The translations under genes were made by a program, and so were the position numbers. A stretch of 64,000 nt of DNA from Minisyncoccota bacterium (GTDB taxonomy: Bacteria > Patescibacteriota > Minisyncoccia > Phycocordibacterales > JABMNX01): positions 71,852 to 135,851 of the forward strand of contig JAPHQU010000003.1 of the NCBI GenBank assembly GCA_026195275.1, given 5' to 3'. The notes under the pieces are model-generated. The model was given only the letters and a program-made list of their open reading frames with translations, was not told where the DNA came from and did no database searches. Below are positions 28,356 to 37,914 of this stretch, piece by piece; positions within the stretch are counted from its first letter, which is position 1; each line of letters starts with the position of its first letter.

Positions 28356-29300
28356 ATGACGGGTAAAAAGCGACTTCTTACGGGATTACAACCCTCAGGC
28401 ACACTCCACATCGGGAACTACTTTGGTGCGCTGAAGCCTTTTGTCGACCTCTACGGCGAGTACGAGAGTACACTCATGATCGCTGACCTCCACGCACTCA
28501 CCTCTATCAAAGACCCGGAAGCGCTCCGCACGAATATCCTTAACGTTATCAAAGACTACATTGCCGCCGGCGTTGACCCGGAGCAAGTGACTATCTTTAA
28601 GCAGTCTGACGTGCCGGAGCACACCGAGCTTGGTTGGGTCTTTAACTGTTTGGTAACCGTGCCGTTCCTTATGCAAGCGCACGCGTACAAAGACAAAGTT
28701 GCGAAGGGGCTTGAGGCAAACGCGGGGCTCTTCACGTACCCTATGCTCATGGCGGCAGACATCTTGCTCTACGACACCGACGTGGTGCCGGTGGGCGAAG
28801 ACCAGCGTCAGCACGTCGAGTACGCGCGCGAAGCAGCAGGGAAGTTCAACAGCACCTTTGGCGAGCTCTTCTCAACACCAAAGGAGATGATCCTCAAAGG
28901 GGTCGGCGTGGTGCCCGGCACTGACGGGCAGAAGATGAGCAAGAGCTACGGCAACACTATTCCACTGTTTGCTACCAAAGACGAGATCGCAAAAGCGGTG
29001 ATGAGTATTGTCACTGACTCATCGGGTGATCGCCCGGAGAATGTGTACGCGATCCATAGACTCTTTAAGAGCGAAGAAGAACTCGCGCCGCTCTACAAGG
29101 AGAACACGGGCAACTACAAAGCACTCAAGGAGGCACTCATCGAAGATATCGAGGCACACATTGCACCAATGCGTGAGAAGCGTGATGCGATTACTGACGG
29201 TGAGGTGAAGGCAATCCTTGAGAAAGGTGCTGAGAGAGCACGTGTTCGCGCGCAAGAGAAGCTGGCGGCAGTGCGAGCGAGCATTGGTGTAGCACTGTAA
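28356..29300 (+). CDS. trpS: Tryptophanyl-tRNA synthetase
   Basis: LTGLQPSGTLHIGNY (HIGH), KMSKS and GEDQRQH motifs. An extended -10 (TGGTACAAT) lies at 28338-28346. Confidence 0.92.
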   Translation: MTGKKRLLTGLQPSGTLHIGNYFGALKPFVDLYGEYESTLMIADLHALTSIKDPEALRTNILNVIKDYIAAGVDPEQVTIFKQSDVPEHTELGWVFNCLVTVPFLMQAHAYKDKVAKGLEANAGLFTYPMLMAADILLYDTDVVPVGEDQRQHVEYAREAAGKFNSTFGELFSTPKEMILKGVGVVPGTDGQKMSKSYGNTIPLFATKDEIAKAVMSIVTDSSGDRPENVYAIHRLFKSEEELAPLYKENTGNYKALKEALIEDIEAHIAPMREKRDAITDGEVKAILEKGAERARVRAQEKLAAVRASIGVAL

Positions 29301-29338
29301 TAGGTTGTAGGGATTAGGTTTTAGATACTAGAAAAAAC

Positions 29339-30676
29339 ATGGAAAGAATAGAAAGAACATTGATCGGCGACCTGCGAGAGCACATCGACGAAGAGGTAAC
29401 CATCTCTGGGTGGGTCGACACCGCACGCGACCAGGGCAAGATGGCATTTTTTGATTTCCGTGACCGCACAAGTATGGTACAAGGTGTCGTCTTTGGTAAG
29501 CCTGAGGTGCTCGAGGTCGCGAAGACACTCCGCCCCGAGTGGGTGGTCTCGGTCTCCGGCAAGGTGAACAAACGCCCCGAGAAGATGATCAATGAGAAGG
29601 TTATGAACGGCGATATTGAGCTTGAGATTACCGGTATTGAGGTCTTGAGTGCGGCACACGAGCTTCCGTTTGATATGGATGCCGAGCTCAACCTCGACAC
29701 CTACCTCGACAATATGCCGCTCACGCTCCGCACCGGGCGTAGCCGCGCAATATTCAAAGTACAAGCAGAGATCGTCCGTGCGTATCGCACAGCACTCACT
29801 GAGCTCGGCTTCACTGAGTTTCAAGCACCAAAGCTTGTCGGCGACGATGCTGAAGGGGGCGGCAACGTCTTTAAGGTGGACTATTTCTATGATAAGGACG
29901 CGTACCTCGCGACCTCGCCACAGCTCTACAAGCAGATCATGGTCGGCGTCTTTGAGCGCGTCTTTGCAACCGGCAACGTCTTCCGCGCAGAAAAACACAG
30001 CACAACCCGTCACCTCAACGAGTACACGTCGCTCGATGCCGAGATGGGCTTTGTGAAAGACCACACCGACGTAATGACCACGCTCAGCGAAGTCGTCCGT
30101 CGTGTCTTGAAGCACCTTGAGGAGACGTGCGAAGCGGAGTTTAAAGTCATTGGTGCAACCTTCCCTCAGATGCCTGAAGTAATCCCGGTGATGAAGCTTC
30201 GCGAGGCGCAAGAGATTATCAACAAAGAGACGGGTGAAGACTGCACAAAGGAGCCGGACCTCGAGCCCGCGCACGAGCGATGGCTCTCAGAGTACGCGCT
30301 CAAAGAGCACGGCTCAGACTTTATTTTCATTACCCACTATCCGGTCTCAAAGCGCCCGTTCTACACCTACGAAGACGAAGAAGACCAAGGATTCACCAAG
30401 AGCTTCGACCTGCTTTTCCGCGGTGTCGAGCTCTCAACCGGTGGACAGCGCGTAGACGACCATGACCAGCTCGTAGAGAAGATCAAAGATAAGGGGCTCA
30501 ACCCGGAGAGCTTCTCATACTACCTCCAGGCATTCAAGTACGGCCTACCACCACACGGCGGATGGGGGATGGGGCTTGAGCGTCTCACCGAGAAGATGCT
30601 CGGACTCGATAACGTAAAAGAAGCGACACTCTTCCCGCGAGAGATAAACCGCATCGACACACTCCTTTCAGAATAA
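29339..30676 (+). CDS. aspS: Aspartyl-tRNA synthetase, short archaeal/eukaryal-type (class IIb)
   Basis: N-terminal OB fold, with LATSPQLYKQ (AspRS QSPQ-type rather than AsnRS TVSGQL), FRAE and GGWGMGLERL. It is 445 aa long. Confidence 0.85.
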   Translation: MERIERTLIGDLREHIDEEVTISGWVDTARDQGKMAFFDFRDRTSMVQGVVFGKPEVLEVAKTLRPEWVVSVSGKVNKRPEKMINEKVMNGDIELEITGIEVLSAAHELPFDMDAELNLDTYLDNMPLTLRTGRSRAIFKVQAEIVRAYRTALTELGFTEFQAPKLVGDDAEGGGNVFKVDYFYDKDAYLATSPQLYKQIMVGVFERVFATGNVFRAEKHSTTRHLNEYTSLDAEMGFVKDHTDVMTTLSEVVRRVLKHLEETCEAEFKVIGATFPQMPEVIPVMKLREAQEIINKETGEDCTKEPDLEPAHERWLSEYALKEHGSDFIFITHYPVSKRPFYTYEDEEDQGFTKSFDLLFRGVELSTGGQRVDDHDQLVEKIKDKGLNPESFSYYLQAFKYGLPPHGGWGMGLERLTEKMLGLDNVKEATLFPREINRIDTLLSE

Positions 30677-30688
30677 CCACACATCAAC

Positions 30689-32092
30689 ATGAAGATCACA
30701 GTCACCGCAAAGAAAGCATCGACGCGCCCGAAGGGCGTTGTTCGTATTACGCTCTCTGAGAAAGGGCAGACTAAGTTCATCGAAGCAGACGGAGTGACCG
30801 AATTGCGCATTAAGGTTGGTGCGATCAAGAAAGACGAGCGACGAAAGTTCGTAAAAGCGGTGCGCCGTGTGGTGCGCACCGCACAGCAGTACCAGTGCGA
30901 GAAAGTTGCTATCGACCTCAATGAGTTCACCCGCTTCACTGACCTCTCCGGCAAAGAGCTCGGCTCGACCATCACTCAGAACCTCGTCATGGCCGCCTAT
31001 GAGTTCCGTAAATTCAAAACCAAACCTAAAGATGGATGGAAAGATATTAAGGAACTCTTCTTCGCTAGCGTCTCCGCGAAGACAGTGTCTGAAGGAGCCC
31101 AAGAGGGTATCGTGATTGGGGAGATGGTAGATGAGTGTCGCACGATTGCAAACACGCCGGGAGGAGATATGACTCCAACATCGCTTGCCGCAGAAGCAAA
31201 ACGACTGGCGAAGGGTACCGGGGCTTCTGTGCGTGTGCTTGGTAGACGCGATATGGAGCGTCTTTCCATGGGAGCAATTCTTGGTGTTGCAAAAGGTTCT
31301 GTCGAAGAGCCTAAGTTCATCATCATGGAATACAAAGGGGGGAAGAAGTCTGAACGTCCAGTGGTACTTGTTGGGAAGGGGGTCACCTATGACACCGGTG
31401 GCATCAACCTCAAACCCTCATCTGCGCTTCTTGGGATGCACTTTGATATGTCCGGAGGATCAGCGGTCATGGCAACAGTTGCGCTTGTGGCAAAGCTCAA
31501 GCTCAAGAAGAATGTCATCGGACTTATTCCGTCGGTTGAGAATATGGCGTCCGGAAGCGCGGTGCGCCCCGGAGACGTGCTTACCACTATGTCAGGAAAG
31601 ACGGTTGAGGTCCTCAACACTGACGCCGAGGGGCGTCTCATTCTCGCTGACGCGCTCACCTACGCGAAGCGTTATAACCCAAAGCACGTAATCGATGTCG
31701 CCACACTTACCGGGGCATCACTTGTCGCGCTCGGACAACATACCTCAGTGGTGATGTCTCGCGATGACGCGTTTGCCTCGAGGCTTATTGAGCTCGGCGA
31801 AAAATCAGGTGACTACCTCTGGCGACTGCCGCTCTGGGAAGAATATGAAGAAGAGGTGCGCGGCCAAGTTGCTGACATCGCAAACTTGAGCACTAAGAAC
31901 CCGCAGTATGGTGGTGCCATCAATGGCGGCATTTTCCTACTTCAGTTTGCAAAAGATTTCATAAAGGATTGCTCGTGGGCACACATCGACATCGCCCCGC
32001 GTATGACCACGATTCCGAGCGACAACCTTGCCACTGGTGCGGCGGGGGAGCCGGTGCGGCTCTTGACCCGCTTCATAGCTGACCTTACATAA
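30689..32092 (+). CDS. pepA: Leucyl aminopeptidase (M17 family)
   Basis: NTDAEGRLILADAL signature and a VGKGVTYDTGG motif. Confidence 0.9.
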   Translation: MKITVTAKKASTRPKGVVRITLSEKGQTKFIEADGVTELRIKVGAIKKDERRKFVKAVRRVVRTAQQYQCEKVAIDLNEFTRFTDLSGKELGSTITQNLVMAAYEFRKFKTKPKDGWKDIKELFFASVSAKTVSEGAQEGIVIGEMVDECRTIANTPGGDMTPTSLAAEAKRLAKGTGASVRVLGRRDMERLSMGAILGVAKGSVEEPKFIIMEYKGGKKSERPVVLVGKGVTYDTGGINLKPSSALLGMHFDMSGGSAVMATVALVAKLKLKKNVIGLIPSVENMASGSAVRPGDVLTTMSGKTVEVLNTDAEGRLILADALTYAKRYNPKHVIDVATLTGASLVALGQHTSVVMSRDDAFASRLIELGEKSGDYLWRLPLWEEYEEEVRGQVADIANLSTKNPQYGGAINGGIFLLQFAKDFIKDCSWAHIDIAPRMTTIPSDNLATGAAGEPVRLLTRFIADLT

Positions 32093-32094
32093 AA

Positions 32095-32838
32095 ATGGAC
32101 GAGGAGTTTAAGATAAAAATCGAAGGGTTTGAAGGTCCGCTGGACCTTTTGCTTTCCCTTATTGAAAAGCGCAAGCTCCCAATCAATGACGTATCGCTGG
32201 CAGCGGTGACCGACGAGTATATTCAGTTCATTGAGAGACAGAAAGACTTTCCACTCTCACAAGCATCACACTTTGTACTCATTGCCTCGACACTCCTCCT
32301 TATCAAATCAAAGTCGCTTCTCCCAACACTCAACCTTACCGAAGAAGAGGAAGAGGACATCGAGAAACTTGAAGAGCGCCTCAAGCTCTACAAGCGCACC
32401 AAGGAACTGTCCGTGCATATCTCGGAGCGTTTTGGGAAACGTGTATTGCTCAGTGCACAGGACAGTAAATCGTTTGAGCCGGTCTTCTCCCCACCTCAAG
32501 ATGCAACACTCGCCTCACTTGGCGAGGCTGTGGCACATGTCATCGCGGCGCTTCCTAAGGTAAAAGCGGTTCCCGAGGCAATCGTTAAGAAAGTCGTGAG
32601 CCTTGAAGAGATGATCGACAACCTCACCGATAGGGTCACAAAGAACCTCCGCATGAGCTTCTTTGACTTCTCGAAGGCCGGTAAATCCATCGACAAGGAA
32701 GAGAAGGTCGAGGTTATTGTGGGATTCTTGGCTCTGCTTGAGTTGGTAAAACAGGGTATAATAAATGCAACACAAGAGAATAAATTCTCAGATATAACCA
32801 TGGAGACCGACACTGTCGGTATTCCTAAGTATGAGTAA
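32095..32838 (+). CDS. scpA: Segregation and condensation protein A
   Basis: The N-terminus FEGPLDLLLSLIEKRKL... is typical of ScpA. Confidence 0.85.
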   Translation: MDEEFKIKIEGFEGPLDLLLSLIEKRKLPINDVSLAAVTDEYIQFIERQKDFPLSQASHFVLIASTLLLIKSKSLLPTLNLTEEEEEDIEKLEERLKLYKRTKELSVHISERFGKRVLLSAQDSKSFEPVFSPPQDATLASLGEAVAHVIAALPKVKAVPEAIVKKVVSLEEMIDNLTDRVTKNLRMSFFDFSKAGKSIDKEEKVEVIVGFLALLELVKQGIINATQENKFSDITMETDTVGIPKYE

Positions 32839-32840
32839 GT

Positions 32841-33398
32841 ATGAACGAAAGTCTCTCAGCACAACTCGAAGCAGTACTCTTCTTTAAGAATGAACCCTTG
32901 AAGAAGACTTGGCTCGCAAAAACCCTCGGCAAGACCGAAAGCGAGATTGACGCCGGAGTCGCAACGCTCAAAGAACAGCTTTCCGGTCGGGGTATCACCC
33001 TTATGGAGAAAGATGGGGAAATAGCGCTCCGTACCGCACCCGCGTACAGTGAGTCGCTTATGGATATCCGTAAAGACGAACTTGCGCGTGACCTCGGTAA
33101 GGCTGGCCTTGAGACACTCTCGATCATCCTCTATCGCGGTCCGGTAACCCGCGCAGACATCGACTACATCCGCGGTGTGAACTCCACTTTTATCCTGCGA
33201 AGCATGCTCATCCGCGGACTTGTAGAGAAGGTCACCAACCCGAAAGACGCCCGTGCGTACTTGTACCAGCCGACCTTTGAGCTTCTCTCATACCTGGGAG
33301 TATCTTCCGTGGAAGAGTTGCCCGAGTATCAGGAGGTGCGTGCAGAGATTACTGTATTTGAGACGCAGAAAGAAGAAAAGGAAGAGCAAGCAGCATAA
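32841..33398 (+). CDS. scpB: Segregation and condensation protein B
   Basis: LEAVLFF...ITLMEKDGEIALRTAP... It is adjacent to scpA. Confidence 0.85.
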   Translation: MNESLSAQLEAVLFFKNEPLKKTWLAKTLGKTESEIDAGVATLKEQLSGRGITLMEKDGEIALRTAPAYSESLMDIRKDELARDLGKAGLETLSIILYRGPVTRADIDYIRGVNSTFILRSMLIRGLVEKVTNPKDARAYLYQPTFELLSYLGVSSVEELPEYQEVRAEITVFETQKEEKEEQAA

Positions 33399-33400
33399 CC

Positions 33401-34426
33401 ATGGAAGACCTACAGACACAAAACAATATCCCGGAAGACAATACCCCAGAAGCACCGCAGGAGCGCGCATCTGAGGAGACGATTATCGACCCACAGACAC
33501 TGCTTCGCGTAGGCTTGCTCGGAATCGTGCTCGTTATCATCGTGTACACCTTTGGTGAGCGAGCGCTTCCGCGCTTCTTTTCAACGGCAGCGGTTGTAGT
33601 GTCTGATACGCAGATAGAGGAAGCGATCGACCCTTTTACTCTCATCAACATCGAAGCCTCTGCCGCATATGTATATGACTTCTCAAATGACGAAGTGCTC
33701 TTCGCGAAAAATGAGTCTGCACAGCTCCCGCTCGCGTCTCTTACCAAGGTCATGACCGCGCTCGTAGCTTCTGAGAAAGTCTCAGCAGATACCGCGATCG
33801 TACTAAGTGATAAATCAATCGCAGTTGACGGTGATAGCGGTCTTAAGGCAGGGGAGGTGTGGAACTTTAAAGATCTCCTCGACTATACACTCGTCGTCTC
33901 TTCCAACGATGGCGCACACGCGATTGCCGGTGTGGCAGGCTCGTTTGAACGATCCACACAAGCCAATGAGAAAGACTCACATGCGGCTTTCGTCGAGCTT
34001 ATGAATGCAACAGCTCAAGAACTTGGGTTATTGCAGACCTACTTTATTAATGAAAGCGGACTTGATACGAATACCGAGGTGAGTGGGGGCTATGGCTCCG
34101 CGCAAGATATGGCGACGTTGCTTTCGTTTGTTGTGAGTGAGCGACCACATCTTCTCGAGGCAACCTCTTTTAATACTCTTCAGTTTGCTTCAGAGGACGG
34201 GTTCATCTACAATGCGACAAATACAAATGCCGCGATTGGTGTCATCCCGGGAATCATCGCCTCAAAGACCGGATATACCGAACTTGCTGGCGGTAACCTC
34301 ATGGTTGCATTTGATGCGGGAATCAATCGACCTATTGTTGCGATTGTCCTCGGGTCGAGCTTTGACGGGCGGTTTAGCGATATGGAGCAACTCGTGAACG
34401 CGACACTTACTAAAATAATCCAGTAA
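33401..34426 (+). CDS. D-alanyl-D-alanine carboxypeptidase (serine-type, PBP5/S11-like)
   Basis: SLTK (SxxK), SSND (SxN) and KTGYT (KTG) motifs, with an N-terminal TM anchor. Confidence 0.85.
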   Translation: MEDLQTQNNIPEDNTPEAPQERASEETIIDPQTLLRVGLLGIVLVIIVYTFGERALPRFFSTAAVVVSDTQIEEAIDPFTLINIEASAAYVYDFSNDEVLFAKNESAQLPLASLTKVMTALVASEKVSADTAIVLSDKSIAVDGDSGLKAGEVWNFKDLLDYTLVVSSNDGAHAIAGVAGSFERSTQANEKDSHAAFVELMNATAQELGLLQTYFINESGLDTNTEVSGGYGSAQDMATLLSFVVSERPHLLEATSFNTLQFASEDGFIYNATNTNAAIGVIPGIIASKTGYTELAGGNLMVAFDAGINRPIVAIVLGSSFDGRFSDMEQLVNATLTKIIQ

Positions 34427-34428
34427 TC

Positions 34429-35517
34429 ATGGGAACCATAGTAATCATCGACATTGTACGCGTCATTGTGCCGGCGGCGCTGGCATTCTTTATTGGAATT
34501 ACGATTACGCCGGTTATTGCGCATTATCTCTACAAATACAAAGCGTGGAAGAAGAAAGCAGGGAAGGGTGTTGGCTACGGCGGAGGGGCTACCCCGATTT
34601 TTGATGAACTTCATAAAGGGAAAGATACCGGGACTCCGCGCATGGGCGGAATCGTCATCTGGGCGAGTGTGTGTATCACAATTATCGGCATTTGGTTCCT
34701 TAACGTGATCGGCCCGAACCCAATCCTTGAGAGCTTCAACTTCCTCAGTCGAAGCCAGACGTGGCTACCGTTCTTGGCACTCATGGTCGGTGCTATTGTT
34801 GGACTCGTCGACGACGTTCTCGTCGTGCGTGGCACCGGGAAGCACTTTGCTGGTGGTCTCCCGCTCTCACAACGACTCCTTACCGTGGGGTCTGTCGCGC
34901 TCTTCGCCGCATGGTGGTTCTACGACAAACTTGAAATCAGTAGTATCAATATCCCATTCGACGGCTCACTTGAACTCGGTGTGTTCTTCATTCCATTTTT
35001 CGTACTCGTCGCACTCGCAATTTACGCAAGTGGCGTCATTGACGGTATCGACGGTCTCTCTGGGGGCGTGTTTGCAACCATCTTCGCGGCATATGCCGGT
35101 ATCGCGTTCTACCAACAGCAGTACGACATCGCAGCACTCTGCGCGACTCTCGTTGGCGGTATTCTGGCATTTCTTTGGTTTAATATCCCACCGGCGCGTT
35201 TCTACATGACCGAGACTGGCATCATGGGGCTCACCATGGCGCTCACCGTGGTCGCATTTATGACCGACGTGCTCGGCGAGGGGAACGGCGTCTTCGCGCT
35301 TCCTATCGTCGGACTCCTTCTCGTCTTTACCGTACTCTCTGTGGTGATCCAGGTTACTTCAAAGAAGCTTCGGGGAGGGAAGAAGGTTTTCAAGGTTGCA
35401 CCGCTCCACCACCACTTTGAAGCGATTGGTTGGCCGGGCTACAAGGTCGCCATGCGCTACTGGGTCATCAGCATCATCTGCGCCGTATTGGGCATCATCG
35501 TCGCCCTAGCAGGGTAG
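34429..35517 (+). CDS. mraY: Phospho-N-acetylmuramoyl-pentapeptide transferase
   Basis: A polytopic MraY/WecA family protein with a D-D-x-x motif region (VGLVDDVLVV). Confidence 0.9.
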   Translation: MGTIVIIDIVRVIVPAALAFFIGITITPVIAHYLYKYKAWKKKAGKGVGYGGGATPIFDELHKGKDTGTPRMGGIVIWASVCITIIGIWFLNVIGPNPILESFNFLSRSQTWLPFLALMVGAIVGLVDDVLVVRGTGKHFAGGLPLSQRLLTVGSVALFAAWWFYDKLEISSINIPFDGSLELGVFFIPFFVLVALAIYASGVIDGIDGLSGGVFATIFAAYAGIAFYQQQYDIAALCATLVGGILAFLWFNIPPARFYMTETGIMGLTMALTVVAFMTDVLGEGNGVFALPIVGLLLVFTVLSVVIQVTSKKLRGGKKVFKVAPLHHHFEAIGWPGYKVAMRYWVISIICAVLGIIVALAG

Positions 35518-35547
35518 AGTTCGAATCCCAGACAGCCAGTAAGTCAA

Positions 35548-35577
35548 ACACCTCACTCATGTGAGGTGTTTCTTCCG
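35548..35577 (+). terminator. Hairpin (acacctcac/gtgaggtgt, loop tcat) followed by ttcttcc, a terminator candidate after mraY
   Basis: 9-bp perfect stem with a weak T-tract. Confidence 0.5.
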
Positions 35578-35601
35578 GCTATTATGAGCTCTGTTTGGGT
35601 A

Positions 35602-35625
35602 AACGCCTCATACGTATGAGGCGTT
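35602..35625 (+). repeat. Perfect 24-nt palindrome AACGCCTCATACGTATGAGGCGTT
   Basis: The element is fully self-complementary. It sits 21 nt upstream of the ftsW ATG, between mraY and ftsW. Confidence 0.6.
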
Positions 35626-35645
35626 GATTTGGTATACTGATACAC

Positions 35646-36737
35646 ATGAAGACTATGGATCGGCCGCTTTTGCTTATCACTGTGATACTCGCGGTGGTCG
35701 GTTTCTTTATTTTTACCTCGGCTTCGCTCGGGCTCCTCGCGCGTGAAGGGCCACGCTTTTCTTCTATAGCGTTCAACCAGATATTCTTTGGTATGATATT
35801 GGGCACCGCGGCGCTCCTCCTCACTTCAAAGATACGTTTTCGCATGTGGAAGATGTACGCACCGTATATATTCGGTCTCTCGATACTTGCGACCCTCCTT
35901 GTGTTTATACCCGGGCTCGGGCTTGAGCTCCATGGCGCAAAGCGCTGGGTTGAAGTATTCAAGTTTTCATTCCAACCCGCTGAGATCCTCAAACTCGGAT
36001 TTGTTATCTACCTCGCCGCATACCTCGCCGGAGCACGACAAAGGCTTCATGAGTACCGCCACGGGCTCATTCCGTTTGCGCTCATTCTCGGCGTGCCGAG
36101 TCTGATCTTACTCCTGCAACCGGACACCGGGACAGTGCTGGTAATCGCGTCAGCCGCCACGGCGATGTACATCGTCGCAGGAGGAAAGATTCGTGATCTC
36201 CTTATTCTTTTTGTTATAGCAGTACTCGCGCTCGGAGCGCTTGTGTATCAGCGTCCATACCTACGCGACCGTGTTGAGTCATACATCAGTCCTGAAAAGC
36301 ACCTACAAGAGTCGGGCTACCAGCTCAATCAGTCACTCATTGCAATTGGCTCCGGTGGCATCTTCGGGCGCGGCTTCGGACAAAGCATCCAAAAGTTCAA
36401 CTATCTTCCTGAGCCGATAGGGGACTCAATCTTCGCGGTAGCGGCGGAAGAATTCGGCTTCCTCGGGGCGCTGGTGCTTATATTCCTCTTCCTTGCATTT
36501 TGCTTCCGGGGACTCAAGATTGCTTCCCGAGCACCAGACTATTTCAGTGGACTCTTGGTTGTGGGTATTGTTATACTGATTGTATCGCAGTCTTTTATCA
36601 ATATCGGTTCCATGCTTGGCGTTTTCCCGCTGACCGGTTTGCCACTGCTCTTTATCAGTCATGGTGGCACTGCGCTTCTATTCGCTCTTGCATCGGTCGG
36701 TATTGTCTTGAATATCTCTAAGTATCAAAAACATTAA
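35646..36737 (+). CDS. ftsW: SEDS-family peptidoglycan glycosyltransferase FtsW/RodA
   Basis: 10-TM SEDS protein with a conserved C-terminal ...GLPLLFISHGGTALL. Confidence 0.88.
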   Translation: MKTMDRPLLLITVILAVVGFFIFTSASLGLLAREGPRFSSIAFNQIFFGMILGTAALLLTSKIRFRMWKMYAPYIFGLSILATLLVFIPGLGLELHGAKRWVEVFKFSFQPAEILKLGFVIYLAAYLAGARQRLHEYRHGLIPFALILGVPSLILLLQPDTGTVLVIASAATAMYIVAGGKIRDLLILFVIAVLALGALVYQRPYLRDRVESYISPEKHLQESGYQLNQSLIAIGSGGIFGRGFGQSIQKFNYLPEPIGDSIFAVAAEEFGFLGALVLIFLFLAFCFRGLKIASRAPDYFSGLLVVGIVILIVSQSFINIGSMLGVFPLTGLPLLFISHGGTALLFALASVGIVLNISKYQKH

Positions 36738-36740
36738 TCT

Positions 36741-37871
36741 ATGCGTATTGTCTTTACAGGAGGAGGAACCGGCGGACATTTCTACCCAATCATCGCAGTG
36801 GCTGAGAAGGTGCGCTCGATCGCAGCTGAGCAGAAACTCTTGCCCCCAAAGATGTACTACTTCGGACCAGAACCGTTTGACGCACGAGCGCTTTTTGAAC
36901 TCGACATCGAACACCGCTACAGTAGCGCCGGCAAGATGCGCACATACCCGTCGATCTGGAATTATATCGATATGGCAAAGACGCTCTGGGGTGCCTTTCT
37001 CGCGCTTATACAGCTTTTTGTTATCTATCCGGATGTCGTCTTCAGCAAGGGAGGGTATGCGAGTTTCCCAACGGTATTTGCGGCACGCCTCCTGCGCATC
37101 CCGGTGGTGGTACACGAGTCAGACGCAGTGATGGGGCGGGCAAATGCCTGGGCGGCAAAATTCGCAGACAGTATCGCCATCTCATACCCCGGTGTCGCAA
37201 AAGAGTTCGGCGACGAGCGCGTGGCGCTCACCGGTAACCCAATCAGAGAGGATCTTTTCCGCCCAGAGAAGGAGGGTGCCTTTGAGTATCTTAATCTCGA
37301 ACCAAGTGTTCCGGTTATTCTCATTCTCGGTGGCTCGCAAGGTGCACAAGCGATAAATGACACGGTCATCGACGCGCTCGCCGAGCTTCTGCCGCGCTTC
37401 CAAGTAATCCATCAGACCGGTGAGAAGAATCTTGAGAGTGTGGAGCGTCGTGCATCGGTGCTCCTAGCTGACCCTCAACAGAAGAGGCGCTACCACACCT
37501 TTGGTCTCTTAAACACGCTCGCGCTCCGCATGGCCTACGGCGCTGCAGACCTTGTTATATCTCGCGCCGGTTCAGGTGGAATTTTCGAAACCGCAGCAGC
37601 GCACAAACCAAGTATCATTATCCCGATACCACGAGACATCTCACGTGACCAAAGCACGAACGCGTTCTCATATGCGCGCTCCGGTGCCGCCATCGTGATT
37701 GAGCAAAACAATCTCACGCCACATCTGCTCTCAAGCGAGATAATCCGACTCTTCGATAATCCTGATGAAATGGAGAAGATGGGGAAGGCTGCTGAAGGAT
37801 TCGCGCGATCAGACGCCGCCAATGTTATCGCGAAGAAGTTGGTCAACATCGGTATTGAGCACGAAAACTAG
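36741..37871 (+). CDS. murG: UDP-GlcNAc:undecaprenyl-PP-MurNAc-pentapeptide GlcNAc transferase
   Basis: The N-terminus RIVFTGGGTGGHFYPIIAV is diagnostic of MurG. Confidence 0.92.
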   Translation: MRIVFTGGGTGGHFYPIIAVAEKVRSIAAEQKLLPPKMYYFGPEPFDARALFELDIEHRYSSAGKMRTYPSIWNYIDMAKTLWGAFLALIQLFVIYPDVVFSKGGYASFPTVFAARLLRIPVVVHESDAVMGRANAWAAKFADSIAISYPGVAKEFGDERVALTGNPIREDLFRPEKEGAFEYLNLEPSVPVILILGGSQGAQAINDTVIDALAELLPRFQVIHQTGEKNLESVERRASVLLADPQQKRRYHTFGLLNTLALRMAYGAADLVISRAGSGGIFETAAAHKPSIIIPIPRDISRDQSTNAFSYARSGAAIVIEQNNLTPHLLSSEIIRLFDNPDEMEKMGKAAEGFARSDAANVIAKKLVNIGIEHEN

Positions 37872-37914
37872 AACTGTTATGTTTTTTCTAAAGAAACTAT
37901 TTTCATCTAAAAAA

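Noticed and set aside
29321-30274. 317-aa minus-strand ORF
   Set aside because: It is antisense to aspS.
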